63,344 bases of DNA, filler included, from Octopus bimaculoides (GCF_001194135.2; 4 parts of 4 records of this genome joined end to end with filler, not necessarily neighbours in it), one strand, 5' to 3'; positions 1 to 13,209 are shown, numbered from the whole stretch's first letter. Program-made: numbers and translations. The notes: generated by a model not told the origin, from the letters alone.

Positions 1-350
1 TTCCAGTCGATCCGATCAACGGAACAGCCTGCTCGTGAAATTAACGTGCAAGTGGCTGAGCACTCCACAGACACGTGTACCCTTAACGTAGTTCTCGGGG
101 ATATTCAGCGTGACACAGTGTGACAAGGCTGACCCTTTGAATTACAGGCACAACAGAAACAGGAAGTAAGAGTGAGAGAAAGTTGTGGTGGAAGAGTACA
201 GCAGGGTTCGCCACCATCCCCTACCGGAGCCTCGTGGAGCTTTAGGTGTTTTCGCTCAATAAACACTCACAACGCCCAGTCTGGGAATCGAAACCGCGAT
301 CCTATGACCGCAAGTCCGCTGCCCTAACCACTGGGCCATTGCGCCTCCAC
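1..350 (-). mobile_element. tRNA-derived SINE, family A (3' end cut by the window edge)
   Basis: Near-identical reverse complement of 23543-23930; ends at ...GCGCCTCCAC, the element 5' end. Confidence 0.9.
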
Positions 351-529
351 TAGAGAGAGTATAGGACATGTGAAAAAGGATATCTTAGTTTTAGTTTTGA
401 CTGTTCTACACGAAAGAAGGATAGTAAGGACGAAGGACAAAAGAGAGTTGGAAAACTAGAAGGGCTGGTGTAAAGGGGCAACCGTCAGCCGAATATTCCA
501 AAAAAGCTCCAGCCCTGAGAAGATGTAAA

Positions 530-830
530 AGGACTATAATTGACAGGATACAAATTGATGTTCATCAGTGTGGCCTTGTGATTGATTCGGCCTCGAAGCA
601 GACTTTTGTGAGGTCCGAGATATTACAGCATCGAGACCTACCAGAGTCATCACGGTAGTCGTGTGGTGTGCTGAACTGAGAGGACCGGTTGATTTCCTGA
701 TTGAAGTTGCAGAACAAAAAGGTCGTGCTCCCAGTCTACGTGGTGGAAATGGAATATCTTTGTCTCTTAGGACTGGACTACTTAGCATCAATGGGGTGTC
801 AACTGGACCTTCTACTTTATGAAGCTTTGG
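530..830 (+). mobile_element. Degenerate Ty3/gypsy-type aspartic protease remnant
   Basis: Across frameshifts it reads GLVIDSASKQTFVR...LRGPVDFLIEV...LPVYVVEMEYLCLLGLDYL. This is a decayed D(S/T)G active site followed by the retropepsin LLG.D.L motif. Confidence 0.65.
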
Positions 831-944
831 GTGAAATAAAGATTAGTCCCTGTCAAGGTGGTAGAGCGGACTATTGCTGGTGGTGAATGACAGTGATCCC
901 ACTGAAATCGGAATTATATGGAAGTATATGGAAGTATATGTGTC

Positions 945-1195
945 ATTGTTTTTGTGTTTGTCCTCCAGCATAGCTGGACAATCAGTGTTGGTTTGTTTAT
1001 GTACGCATAACTATCGGTTCGGCAAAAAAAAACAAAAAAAACAAACAAACAAAAAAAAACGCTGATAGAATAAGTACCGAACTTAAAAGCAAACGAACAA
1101 ACAAACTAAAACCGGCTGATTTGAACGATTAAACCTTTCCAGGTGGTGCCGCAGGATGGCTGCAGTCCAATGACTGACACAAGTAAACAGAAAAT
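945..1195 (+). mobile_element. 3' tail module of CORE-type SINE, family C
   Basis: CGGTTCGGCAAAA...GATAGAATAAGTAC...CAATGACTGACACAAGTAAA matches the tail of 13358-13768 read on the minus strand. Confidence 0.65.
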
Positions 1196-1322
1196 AAAGG
1201 AAAAATTAAAAACCTGCTCAAAACAGACTGACAAGACAATTTTTACAGGGAAGAAAATAATGAGTTATTCCCCCTACGAGCATCATAATTACAATAACTA
1301 TCGGATTTTATATAGCAATATT

Positions 1323-2350
1323 TGGAGAGCTGGCACAATCGTTAGTATGCCGGTCAAAACGCTTAGTGACATTTTGTTCGTCTGTATGTTCTGAGTTCAA
1401 ATTCTGCAGGAGTCGACTTTACCTTTCATCCTTTTGGGGTCGATAAAATGAGTATCAGTTGAGTACTGGGGTCGATGTAATCGACGTAGCCCCTTCTCCA
1501 AACCTGAAGGCCTTTTGCCAAGATTTGAAACCAATATTTGAATATATAAGGGCTGCGAGCTAGCAGAGCTGTTAGCATACCGGACAAAATGTTTAGCGGC
1601 ATTTCGTCCGTCCTGACGTTCTGAGTTCAAATTCCGCCAAGGTCGATTTTGCTTTTCATTCTTTTGGGGTTGATAAAATAAGAACCAGCTGAGGACTGGG
1701 GTCGATGTAATCAATTGACCCTCACCTCTCCCACCAAATTTCTGGCCTTGTGCCAAAATTCGAAGCCTGTATAATATGTAATGATAAAGCGGCGAATTGG
1801 CAGAATGCTTAGCGACATTTCGTCTGTATTTACGCTCTGAGTTCAAATTCAGCCGAAGTCGACTTCGATAAATTTGCTGGCATTGTAACAAAATTTGAAA
1901 CCAATATTTGAATATGTAAAAATGTCAAAGTGTACGACACTTATAAGCTCGGAATTTCAAAATTTCTATTCCATCCGGAAATATTTATATCACTGGGACT
2001 TAATTATTCCTCGGAGAAGAAAAAGAAAAGACACCTTTAGTAGTACGAACCATTCCGTTACGATAGCGGGTTTTGTGCGATGAAGTAAAGAGTTTCTGTG
2101 CACGAATGAAAACTAACAGAAACGATAGACTCCTTACACCAAAGAAAGATAACTCTTAACATTTCGAACTTGTCGGTGAGCTGGCAGAATCGATAGCATG
2201 CCGGGAAAAATGCTTAGCGGCATTCCTTCTTTCTTTATGTTCTGAGTTCAAATGCTGTCAAGGTCGACTTTGATTTTCATCATTTCGGTGTCAATAAAAT
2301 AAGTGCAAGTTGACCTAAACCACAGGCGTTGTAACAAAATTTGAAAGCAA
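1323..2350 (+). mobile_element. Cluster of four same-orientation SINE family B copies (about 1323-1540, 1549-1765, 1787-1910, 2172-2350)
   Basis: Repeated GAGCTGGCAGAATCGTTAGC...GTTCTGAGTTCAAATTCCGCCGAGGTCGACTTTGCCTTTCATCCTTTCGGGGTCGATAAAAT core with A/B-box-like head. From memory the core resembles the Meta/MESC SINE domain (unverified). Confidence 0.85.
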
Positions 2351-2369
2351 CGGAGATAAGTCGTTCATA

Positions 2370-2600
2370 GACGGCCATGCTGGGGTACCACCTTGAAGAA
2401 TTTTCAGTCGAATCATACGACCCCAGTACTAATTTTTTAAAAGTACGGTACTTATTCTCTCGATGTCCAAGCCGCTAGGTTGCGGGACCTAAAAAAAAAA
2501 GAAAAGACCTGGTTGTCAAGCAGTGTGTGTGTGTGGGGATAAACACAGACACAAAGACACACATACACGCGCGCGCATATGTATGTATATATATATAAAT
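2370..2600 (-). mobile_element. SINE family C tail, running into a TG/TA microsatellite and a gap
   Basis: GGCCATGCTGGGGTACCACC...GGTTGTCAAGC...AAACACAGACAC matches 13390-13560. Confidence 0.7.
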
Positions 2601-3204
2601 ATATNNNNNNNNNNNNNNNNNNNNNNNNNNNNNNNNNNNNNNNNNNNNNNNNNNNNNNNNNNNNNNNNNNNNNNNNNNNNNNNNNNNNNNNNNNNNNNNN
2701 NNNNNNNNNNNNNNNNNNNNNNNNNNNNNNNNNNNNNNNNNNNNNNNNNNNNNNNNNNNNNNNNNNNNNNNNNNNNNNNNNNNNNNNNNNNNNNNNNNNN
2801 NNNNNNNNNNNNNNNNNNNNNNNNNNNNNNNNNNNNNNNNNNNNGTAATGCGAGCATTACATTAAATGCAATATGAAGAGCAATCTTCAGCTGCACGAAA
2901 ATGCAGAAAATTACTGTAGAAAAGACATATTATAAATGTGGCAACATTTCAAATCCAAGTGGGAGAGAGAATACATAAAAATCCAAATGTGAGGAAGAAT
3001 ACATAAGTCCATCTTGACATAGCCGAGTCTATCAGGCTAGTAATTGATTCTAGACAAAAGTTTTAACTGTCTCAGATTTTATTGTTTCTTATCTAGTGGT
3101 GATAGCATAAGGGACAATTACTTCTAAAGAGAGGGAAGGTGTAAGCAGTATGCATGGACAAGGCTATAAAATGTATTAGAATATAAAGGTTTCATAAATA
3201 TATG

Positions 3205-3330
3205 ATAGGTTTCTTTCAGTCTCCGTCAGCCAAACCCACTTTCAAGGCTTTGGTCGGCGGTCTGAGGCTATAGAAGAGGACACTTACCTAAAATGCCACT
3301 CAGTGGGACTGAACCAGGAACCATATAGTC
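3205..3330 (-). mobile_element. SINE family C head/CORE fragment
   Basis: TTCTTTCAGTCTCCGTC...AAGGCTTTGGTCGG...GTGGGACTGAACC is shared with 13605-13768. Confidence 0.75.
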
Positions 3331-3586
3331 CGCGAATCTCGCTTCATTCCACACAGTCCCGAATGTCAAACTCTTTGTTCTATCTCGCAATAGTATATGT
3401 CATTGGGAAGCTAATTATTTCCCAGATAACAAAAAAGAAAAGGCACATGTTGTTGTATGCACCACTCCGGTACTGTAGCGGGTTTTGTGTGATGACGTAA
3501 AGAGTTTTTGTTCACGAATGTAAATAAAAGAGAATGATGGACACCGCATCCAAAGGATAGATGAGAGTTAACATTTTGAATTTATA

Positions 3587-4412
3587 AGGCGGTGAGCTAG
3601 CAGAGTCGCCAGCACGCCGGGCAAAATGTTTTGGAGACATTTCGTCTGCTTTTGAGGTCTGAATTCAAATTCCACCGAGGTCGACTTTATCTTTCATTCT
3701 TTCGGGGTCGTTGACATAAGCGCCAGCCGAGCACTGGGATCGATGCAATCGTATTAACCTCTCCCCCACTGAACTTGCTGGTCTTGTGCCAAAATTTGAA
3801 ACCAATATTTCGAACTTGCATAATAAGCATGAGAGAAAAGAAAAGAAGAGAAAGACAAAAGCAAATCACACACACACACATGCACACAACAATAATACTT
3901 ACTATGTGTATTCCTTGCGCTCTTATATTTATTACGCTAAAGATGCAACCACCTAAAGTGTTCAATCCTTTGCATAATTATTCTTTTCTACTCTAGGCAC
4001 AAGGCCCGAAATTTTGGGGGAGGGGGCCAATCGATTTGATCGACTCCAGTTCGCATCTGGTACTTAAATTATCGACGCCGAATGGATGAAAGGCAAAGTC
4101 GACCTCGGCGGAATTTGAACTCAGGACGTAAAGACAGACGAAATGCCGCTATGCATTTCGCCCGGCGTGCTAATGATTCTTAATTCTTTATTTCCCACAA
4201 GGGGCTAAACATAGAGGGGACAAACAAGGACAGACAAAGGGATTAAGTCGATTACATCGAACCCAGTGCGTAACTGTTACTTAATTTATCGACCCCAAAA
4301 GGATGAAAAGCAAAGTCGACTTCGGCGGAATTTGAACTCAGGACGTAAAGTCAGACGAAATACTGCTAAGCATTTCGCCCGGCATGTTAACGCTTCTGCC
4401 AGCTCGCCGCTT
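3587..4412. mobile_element. Three SINE family B copies (+ 3587-3812; - 3982-4180; - 4185-4412)
   Basis: Same conserved core as 1323-2350, with three different 3' tails. Confidence 0.85.
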
Positions 4413-4745
4413 TCTCTACATAATTATTAATTCAGTGAACATACATACATACATACATACATACATGTGTGTGTGTGTGTGTGTATACACACACATACAC
4501 ACATACACACATACACACACACACATATATATATAGTAAAATTTCTTTGTTTATTGTATAGGCACTGATCAGAAGTGCTCAGATAAAAGATCCGAGATGT
4601 AAAGGTATAAAATATGTTAAGGAGAATTGGTTCAACAATTTATTTATGCATATATTCTTTCATATGTACCCATATATGCATGTATGTATACATATAGACG
4701 TAGGTGTGTACATATATGTATGGATATATGCATATATTTATATAC

Positions 4746-4794
<49 letters not shown>

Positions 4795-4798
<4 letters not shown>

Positions 4799-4965
4799 CT
4801 GGTTTCTACACAGTGTCCGTCTACCAAATACCCTTACAAAGCATAGATCAGCCTGGGGCTATAATTAGAAGACGCTTGACCAAGGTGCCGAGCAGTGGGA
4901 CTGAACCTGAGGACATGTGGTTGCAAAATGAGCTTCTTAACAGCAAAGCTATGCCTCTACCGGAT
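4795..4965 (-). mobile_element. SINE family C head/CORE
   Basis: CTACACAGTGTCCGTCTACCAAAT...AGAAGACGCTTGACCAAGGTGCC...GGGACTGAACC; the reverse strand shows a CORE-like CCTTGGTCAAG motif. Confidence 0.75.
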
Positions 4966-5104
4966 GGGCGAGAAGTCACACATAAAATAAGTCCAATACG
5001 CTCCGGAATTGTCAAAGACATGATTCAATTTTTCTAAAATTGTATGAAATGAATATAATGATGATGAATACCCACGTACTTGTACATGATGAACAAAATA
5101 AATA

Positions 5105-5138
5105 AATAAATAAATAAATAATAATAATGATGATGATG

Positions 5139-5195
<57 letters not shown>
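5105..5195 (+). repeat. (TAA)n microsatellite
   Basis: Direct inspection. Confidence 0.95.
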
Positions 5196-7091
5196 TTTTT
5201 AAAAAAAGGATTGACGTAACTCTTCACGAAGGTAAATAGTCAAAACGAAGAGCGCGATTTTAGATGTTTTATTTTTTGAACAACATTTCGACAGAACGTC
5301 TGTCTTTCTCAAGTTTAAACCAAAAGGTGATTGAAAATTCAAAATTTCAGAAACCAAACGTAAACTATGAACGTGAGTAATCAGCGTCCATACGTTGATA
5401 GAATGACGTCATCAGCTTTTGTCAGTTTTTTAATAAGCAGAAAGAAAGAAAGAAAAAGGAAGACGACAGAAAAAGAAAAGAAAAAGAGAGAAAGAAGAAT
5501 ATTCAATCAAACAGTTTTGTATAAATTTGATGATATTCTCCTGTCATCTTATTCATTCCTCCAGGGCGTGATGTCAATAACCTGCAAACATATTTCTCCT
5601 CATACATTCTGAGAAGTGAAAGTGGGGTACATTCAGGATATTTTTTGAGAACGTGCACTTTCAAATCTTCTTCAAAATTGCAGTCGCTTGAAACGAAATG
5701 ATAATAATAATAATCTTTTCTTCTATATGTACAAGGCCTGAAATTTCGGGGGAGGAGTAAGCCGATTTTAATCGACCTCAGGTCGTGATGGTCGTGGTGT
5801 TTTTTTTTTCTTTTTGCCAAAGAAACACACGTACTATATACTTCAGTTTTATTGCTGTTCTTATCTTTGTGTCCTTTGTCTGAAATCTTTCACCACACAT
5901 CGTGCGACCTCTTCAACTACTCTCCATTCCACGTGTTTCCTCCCGTTCTGTTTAGTCCGTTCTGTCTTTCTATGATCCTAGGATAAGAACAATAATTAAA
6001 CTGAAGTGAAGGCGGAGTATACAGCACTTGTGTTTATTTGGTAAGAAAAAATAAAAAATGACCATCCCGAAATATAACAAAATCTGGAATACATATGATC
6101 ATCTACCTATTGAATCAGGTTATTTTACTTGGGTGCTGTCAAAAACTAAACAAACGAAAAACGAAAATGATCTTTTAATTCCCATCTCGATAAATGAAAT
6201 TTTAGGATGACTGCAATAAGCAGTCGTCAAATGAAGTTCTATGGAAGCTGTAATAAACAATCAGTAATATTTATTAAGGTGACTGGTAATATACAATGAA
6301 AGATATATAGTTTTATGGTGTCGTTATATAATGTCCCACGGAGACCGTAAAATAGACGACCAATAAATAAAGTGTTATAAGAGAGTGATCTTGGGTGTGA
6401 ATTAGCGTTTTTTATCCTCGCAACCACTTCAGTAACCCCCTACATGCTTCCCATCTGTTGCATATCCTCCTCCTCCTCCTCCTCCTCCTCCTCCTCNNNN
6501 NNNNNNNNNNNNNNNNNNNNNNNNNNNNNNNNNNNNNNNNNNNNNNNNNNNNNNNNNNNNNNNNNNNNNNNNNNNNNNNNNNNNNNNNNNNNNNNNNNNN
6601 NNNNNNNNNNNNNNNNNNNNNNNNNNNNNNNNNNNNNNNNNNNNNNNNNNNNNNNNNNNNNNNNNNNNNNNNNNNNNNNNNNNNNNNNNNNNNNNNNNNN
6701 NNNNNNNNNNNNNNNNNNNNNNNNNNNNNNNNNNNNNNNNNNNNNNNNNNNNNNNNNNNNNNNNNNNNNNNNNNNNACCATGACCATGACCATGACCATG
6801 ACCATGACCATGACCATCTCGATGATGACGACACCATCACCCAACCACCACAACAAGCAACACTAACCACCACCGTCGTAGCCGTCATCACTTTACTGAA
6901 AATCTTACTCCTATCGGTCTGTCTATCTTTCTACCCATTGCATTGGTCTGTTTGCTTTTCTATTCCTCACTCTCTCTGCCGTAGGAACCTAACTTCTTTT
7001 TATTAACTTTTTTTATTAACTAGCTGCTAGAAAAATAACTTTGGAAGAAATAAAATGTATATTTTTGGACCCATTGTTTTAAATAAGACAT

Positions 7092-7220
7092 ACTGGTTTC
7101 AAATTTTGATACAAGGCCAGCAATTTCGGATGTAGGGGTAAGTCGATTACATCGACCTTAGTACTCCACCACTACTCATTCTACCGATTCCAAAAGGATA
7201 AAAGGCAAAGTCGACCTCTG
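7092..7220 (-). mobile_element. SINE family B 3' fragment
   Basis: TTTCAAATTTTGATACAAGGCCAGC...AAAAGGATAAAAGGCAAAGTCGACC. Confidence 0.7.
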
Positions 7221-7289
7221 GCCCAGCATTTTGAATTATTTATTTCGAGTGGCCTAACCACCTTACCATGGACATGTAATTTCAGAATG

Positions 7290-7377
<88 letters not shown>

Positions 7378-7459
7378 ATGTATATACGTTCATACGCACA
7401 AATACACGTATACACACACAAGCATGCGCATTGTTTGTTTTTGATTTTGTCGACTACAC

Positions 7460-8015
7460 AGTATAGTAGGGTCAGTTGGGCACCGTCTGTGAGAAAAACA
7501 GCACTATGACGCGATTCACTATGCCAGCAATTTGGAAACGACATGTTTTACTGCTTGGAATTCGCGCTGGAAGCTCCAATATGAACATTTCAGTCAATAT
7601 CATGGTATTTGGATTGAGCACTAGTGATGGCGACGTTATGCCTTCATTCATCTTCCCACACGGCCTCAGACTCAACACGGAGGCCTGCACCATGTGCCTG
7701 GAGGAGGTAGTGTGGCCTTGGGTGAGGAGGGTGGCTGCTGGAAGACCATATGATTGGCAGCAGGACTCTGAACCATGCCACACAAGCATGGCTGTCAGAC
7801 AATTTCTGCGACCACATTACCCCTAACATCTGGCCATCTAACTCCCCAGAATGCAACGCCCTTCGTTATTATGTGTGGGGTGCAGTTGAGCGAGAGACCA
7901 ACAAAACTCCTTGTAACACCAAACACGGACTGAAGGCAAGGATTATGGCATCATTCACCAACTTAAACAAGGAGACCGGCCAGAAGAGCTGCAAGAGATT
8001 CCGAAGTCGTCTGAG
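7460..8015 (+). mobile_element. Internally deleted maT/DD37D-like Tc1-mariner transposase remnant
   Basis: N-terminal WKRHVLLLGIRAGSSN is joined directly to VNIMVFG...WQQDSEPCHTS...WPSNSPECNALRYYVWGAVE, a decayed WPP.SPD.NP.DY catalytic motif. Confidence 0.85.
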
Positions 8016-8923
8016 AGCTTGCAGTACTGCGTTGATTTCGTTGATGTATACACACACACACACACACACACANNNNNNNNNNNNNNNNNNNNNNNNNNNN
8101 NNNNNNNNNNNNNNNNNNNNNNNNNNNNNNNNNNNNNNNNNNNNNNNNNNNNNNNNNNNNNNNNNNNNNNNNNNNNNNNNNNNNNNATATATATATATAT
8201 ATATATATACAGAGGAACAGCGAGGCACCATCTGGTCAGGTCTGCCTTGAAAGCGGATCCTCACACATCTACGGCAGAAAGACGTAATTGTTTGTATCAT
8301 TGGCAGGTACCGAAGGCTGTTGCGGAGAGCTTATCCACAGTCATCAGCGCAAGTATACACCACCACATCCCAATGAGGTCAATTAGGTAGGTAAAAGCTG
8401 AAGAGAAACCAGTCACAAGAAAAAAAATAACAACAAAAAACAAACAAAGGCTGGAAACTGCTGTATAATCTCTGACTAAGTTTCATTTCAGCTTGCGTAA
8501 ACAACTGAAATTTCCACTGCACACTGTACCAGCATCACTCTGATCAGCCATGTTCATCATCTCTGAAACAACTAAACACTGATTATGTTGGGACTCACAA
8601 AACTCTTGGAAGAACATTCTGTCGAATTCAGCGGGAGAAATATGCGAATTATCAGGAACTAATGGCGAATTATCACAAAAGAAGCAATCTAGAAAACATA
8701 TGAGTCTACAGAGGTGGACTGTTGAGATTTTGTAGGATTATTACTCTGCAGAGTCCTCAGCCGATTAGGATTTACAGGGATGACAATGTAGGGGGCCATT
8801 CAATATGAAAGTGAAGCTGCAGAGAAAACTATCAGTTGGCTTTAGACTTAAATGGAGATTATCCATAGACGGTTGCTGCTAGGGTGCAAGTCGAGGTGTG
8901 ATGAATCTCACTCGGGTAGGTCA

Positions 8924-8968
<45 letters not shown>

Positions 8969-9453
8969 TGTCAGATGGGGCCTTGATGAATGTCAATAGG
9001 CAGGAAAGTATATACTAGCCTTTATATATTTAATACTCAGTATTTCATATATTCAATAAGACATTCAATACTTCATTTCATTTTACTATTTATATTATAT
9101 TATATATTCCATATTCTATATCCCACATCAATTTTATAAGAATATAAATAAAACATAAANNNNNNNNNNNNNNNNNNNNNNNNNNNNNNNNNNNNNNNNN
9201 NNNNNNNNNNNNNNNNNNNNNNNNNNNNNNNNNNNNNNNNNNNNNNNNNNNNNNNNNNNNNNNNNNNNNNNNNNNNNNNNNNNNNNNNNNNNNNNNNNNN
9301 NNNNNNNNNNNNNNNNNNNNNNNNNNNNNNNNNNNNNNNNNNNNNNNNNNNNNNNNNNNNNNNNNNNNNNNNNNNNNNNNNNNNNNNNNNNNNNNNNNNN
9401 NNNNNNNNNNNNNNNNNNNNNNNNNNNNNNNNNNNNNNNNNNNNNNNNNNNNN

Positions 9454-9503
<50 letters not shown>

Positions 9504-9869
9504 TCTCAAGAAATAATTACATTTCTGTTTAGAAATGGTATGAAACATCTCAAATTTTGACATAAAAACATTTAATTTATGAGGGCATGAGGATTTATTA
9601 ATATCCTGCGCAATACGGAGCCTAAATATGTATCTATGCAAGGATATGTATATTCATATGCATATAGGCATGTATATACATCTATATATGTATACCTATC
9701 CTCTTGTTTTTTTCTTTTTTTAAAATTCGCCTTTTGGTAAATTCCATCATTGATTTGTAAATTAAATGTTCTTAGGAGAGTGTAACATTTCCCTTTGTGC
9801 ATGGAAGCTTCTTATATTTCTAGTCCTGTTTTATCAACTGAAAAGGCGTTGTCCATCGTAAACATTGTA

Positions 9870-10170
9870 AATAAGGTCACCGCATCTTCACTAAATAAGT
9901 TAGCTCATTGCTGACATTAGACCGTGACGATCGACTTCGTTGAGAAATGAATTTAACTTAATATTGAAGTCTGAATTGTACAAGTGGGGACTCGTTCAGG
10001 TCGACCGTCGACCTCATGATGTTTTCATTCGTTCTGGAGGTCGACGGTCGACCTGAACGAAATTGGTCTTCAAGCGACAAATGACTATTCCTGAAGCGTG
10101 AAAACCACTCGTAAACTTGTATTTTGCTCATGGCAGCGATCCTGTAAGCTGTTTGAGACATGACAGCTGT
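9870..10170 (-). mobile_element. mariner transposase N-terminal (HTH) fragment
   Basis: MSKIQVYEWFSRFRNSHLSLEDQFRSGRPSTS is the typical mariner W..RF..G...LED..RSGRP motif. Confidence 0.85.
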
Positions 10171-10209
10171 TTCGACCGCCGTTTCTCCCCAGCAGAAAGC
10201 AGAATTTCA

Positions 10210-12010
10210 CGGAAACAAGGAGGCCTGGATTATAGAACATATTAATCAAACTCGGAAGCTTCCTTTATCTTTGTCAAAGAAACGGCCTCAGTACGCTATA
10301 TGATAGGGCCCCTCTTGAAAAGACGGCTTCCTAACGGAAACCCCATGAAGATAAGTGAAATACTAAACAAACAGTTCAATAGTGTTTTCACTACCCTTTT
10401 GGGATGCAGGCAAATGAACAAACCAGTGGAGTTCTTAGCCACTTCACTTGTAACTAAGGAGGGGATAATGATTGATTACATCGACATTAAAGGAGATGTA
10501 ATACTGGCCATAGATGAGACAGACGCAAAACCAGCTGCTGGCCTTGATGGATTCCTAGGAATCCTTCTCAAATCCTGCAAACGAAACCTTGCAAACTATT
10601 ACGGCTTCATTTTCAGAGCTTCCTTGCAAGTGGTAAGCTCCCAGGCAAATTGAAGGAGGGAATAACATGTCATTTCCGTAAAAGAGGAAGCAGAGATGAT
10701 GCTAAAAATTATAGGCTTATTTCTCTGACCTTACACTTTAACAAAGTCATGGAACGAATAGTCCGCAAAAAACTAATTGCATTCTTTAAAGAGAATGATT
10801 TGCTGACTGACACCCAGCACGGTTTTCGATCTGGTAGAAGTTGCCTGAAACTGCTCTTACAGCACTACGACTGGGTGTTAAAGTAGTTGCTCAACAACTC
10901 AAACGTAGACATGATGTATCTTGACTTTGCAAAAGCCCTTGATAAAGTCGACCATAGTGTGATAGGTCACAAACTGTGTGATCTCGGTAGGAAAACTCTG
11001 AGGGTGGCTACACGACTTTGTAAAAGATAGAAGTCAGGCAGTGGTGGCAAAGGAAACACAAATAATGACAGTCTTAGAGTCACAGCTAATCATAGTGACC
11101 GTCTCAGACATGCCCTCAGCAGCTCAAATTGCTATGAAGATGACACGAAAGTCTCACAGAGGACACAGAAGCCTGGAAACGAGAGTTGGGCGAAATATAC
11201 ACGTGGGCTGATGACAATAACATGCAATTTAATGCTGGAAAATTTCAAGCCCTGCGTTACCAGCGCACAAAGCCAAGCAAAATGCAGACAGGATACATTG
11301 GCCCGTGAGGGACTGGGGCATAGACCTGAATAATGATGTTTCTTTCCGGGTGCGTATTATTAAGTTGGCAATAAAATACACACGGCTAACCGGATGGACT
11401 CTCCGAACTTTCAGAGCGAAAGAACAGGAAACCATGATGATCCTCTGGAAGGCATAATATTGTCTTCAGCTGTTTAGACTATTGCTCCCAGTTATGGTCA
11501 CCACACAATACAAAATTAAAGGCGGAACTCCAAGTAATCCAGCGAAGCTACACAAAGAAAATCGTCTCAGTGCCACGTGTCAGCTATTGCGAAAGGCTGG
11601 AAAAGTTAAGACTCTACTCCTTAGAACGAAGACGGGAAAGATATGCAGTGATACACATCTCGAAGATCCTGGAAAAACTTGTACCAGACTTTGGCATTGA
11701 AAGTTACATAAATAGTAGAACTGGGCGCCGCAGGAAAGTGTCAAGGATCCCAACATCGCCATCAAAAATACAAGACCATGTACTGCAACAACATGGGCTT
11801 CAAGGGACCACACCCCTTCAATAACCTAAAAAGCTTGTGAGATCTGCATGGAGTGGATACAAGTGTCTTAAAAAAAAAAAAAACTGGACCTCCTCCTGTC
11901 GAGGTTTCCGAATGAGTCTACCTCACTTCAGGAAACACAGATGACAGCAGCATCAAACTCTCTCATTCACCAAATGCCGCATATCAGAAGGAATTTCAAA
12001 TAATACAAAG
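10210..12010 (+). mobile_element. Degenerate CR1-like LINE ORF2 (reverse transcriptase and C-terminus)
   Basis: EILNKQFNSVFT; NYRLISLT...KVMERIV; QHGFRSGRSC; YLDFAKALDKVDH; YCERLEKLRLYSLERRRERY. Many stops and frameshifts. Confidence 0.9.
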
Positions 12011-12125
12011 TTTACATTTGGATAAAGCGCTTATATTTAGTTAGTAATCAGGAGCAGTATAAATAGTGTTGGTGAGGGAAGAAGACAGAAATACACACAG
12101 ACACACACACGCACAATACACACAC

Positions 12126-12164
<39 letters not shown>

Positions 12165-12354
12165 CACACACACACACACTCTTTCTCTCTTTGTCTTTGT
12201 CTGTTTGACTGTCTCTATATATACACATATATATACACATAAATATCTACAAACACACACACATACACACACACTCTTTCTCTCTCTGTCTCTCTGTTTG
12301 ACTGTCTCTCTATATATACATGTATATACACATATATATGCACATATATATCTA

Positions 12355-12415
<61 letters not shown>

Positions 12416-13209
12416 CGATAGACAGACAGACAAACACACACATATTTACACAAGTGTAATTGATTCCCAACAATTTTGTCTGATGTTTTGTATGCAATAT
12501 TTTCTTTCGCATTGTACATGTGCAAATGTGATATTTTGTTTTGTTTTACATGATGTATTTGATATAACTATTTATCTATTGACTTCAAATGATTGGGAAA
12601 CAATGCGATGAACTCAAAGGTTTGTAAAGAACACCGTGTGAGTCCTGGGCAATGTTCAAAACAGTTGAACACTAGTTGATGGATAGATCTTCTCATCTCT
12701 TTCTTGTCGAATCTTCTCAGCAAGTAAGATGAGTTATATTTTCTTTAACTAATATATTATTGTCTGTTAGCTTGGCAGAGAACTATTGTGTGTGTCTCTG
12801 TGTGTGTGTGCGTGTGTGTGTGTATGCGTGTGCGTGAGTGTGTAAGGGTAGTAAGTGTGCACGTATGCATATCCACACATACCCACACTCATATATGCAT
12901 ATGTATACATTTATGTACACATGTAGATACACGCACACACACACAGAGCCGTACATGTATACACACTCACTTACACATATACACATACCATGTATATATA
13001 TATTCATGCATATGTAAGAGAGAGAGAGGGGGGAGAGGGAGAGAGAGAGGGAGAGTGAGAGACAGAGAAATTGCGAGAGAGAGGGAGAGAGAGCGAAAGA
13101 GAAAGTGTGCGTGAGAGAGACATCGAGAGAAGAATTTGATGCGAGCAACATTCATGAGTAAGAACGGCTCAAGACTGGTAAATAAGTCAACAAAGAGAAA
13201 ACAGGAAAC

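Noticed and set aside
5590-5690. Minus-strand DCNFEEDL resembles the start of a MAM domain
   Set aside because: Lacks the following C-x-W and the rest of the domain.
8530-8800. Possible gypsy integrase zinc-binding remnant (VPASL...LKQLNTDYVGTHKT)
   Set aside because: His and Cys residues are missing; too weak to call.
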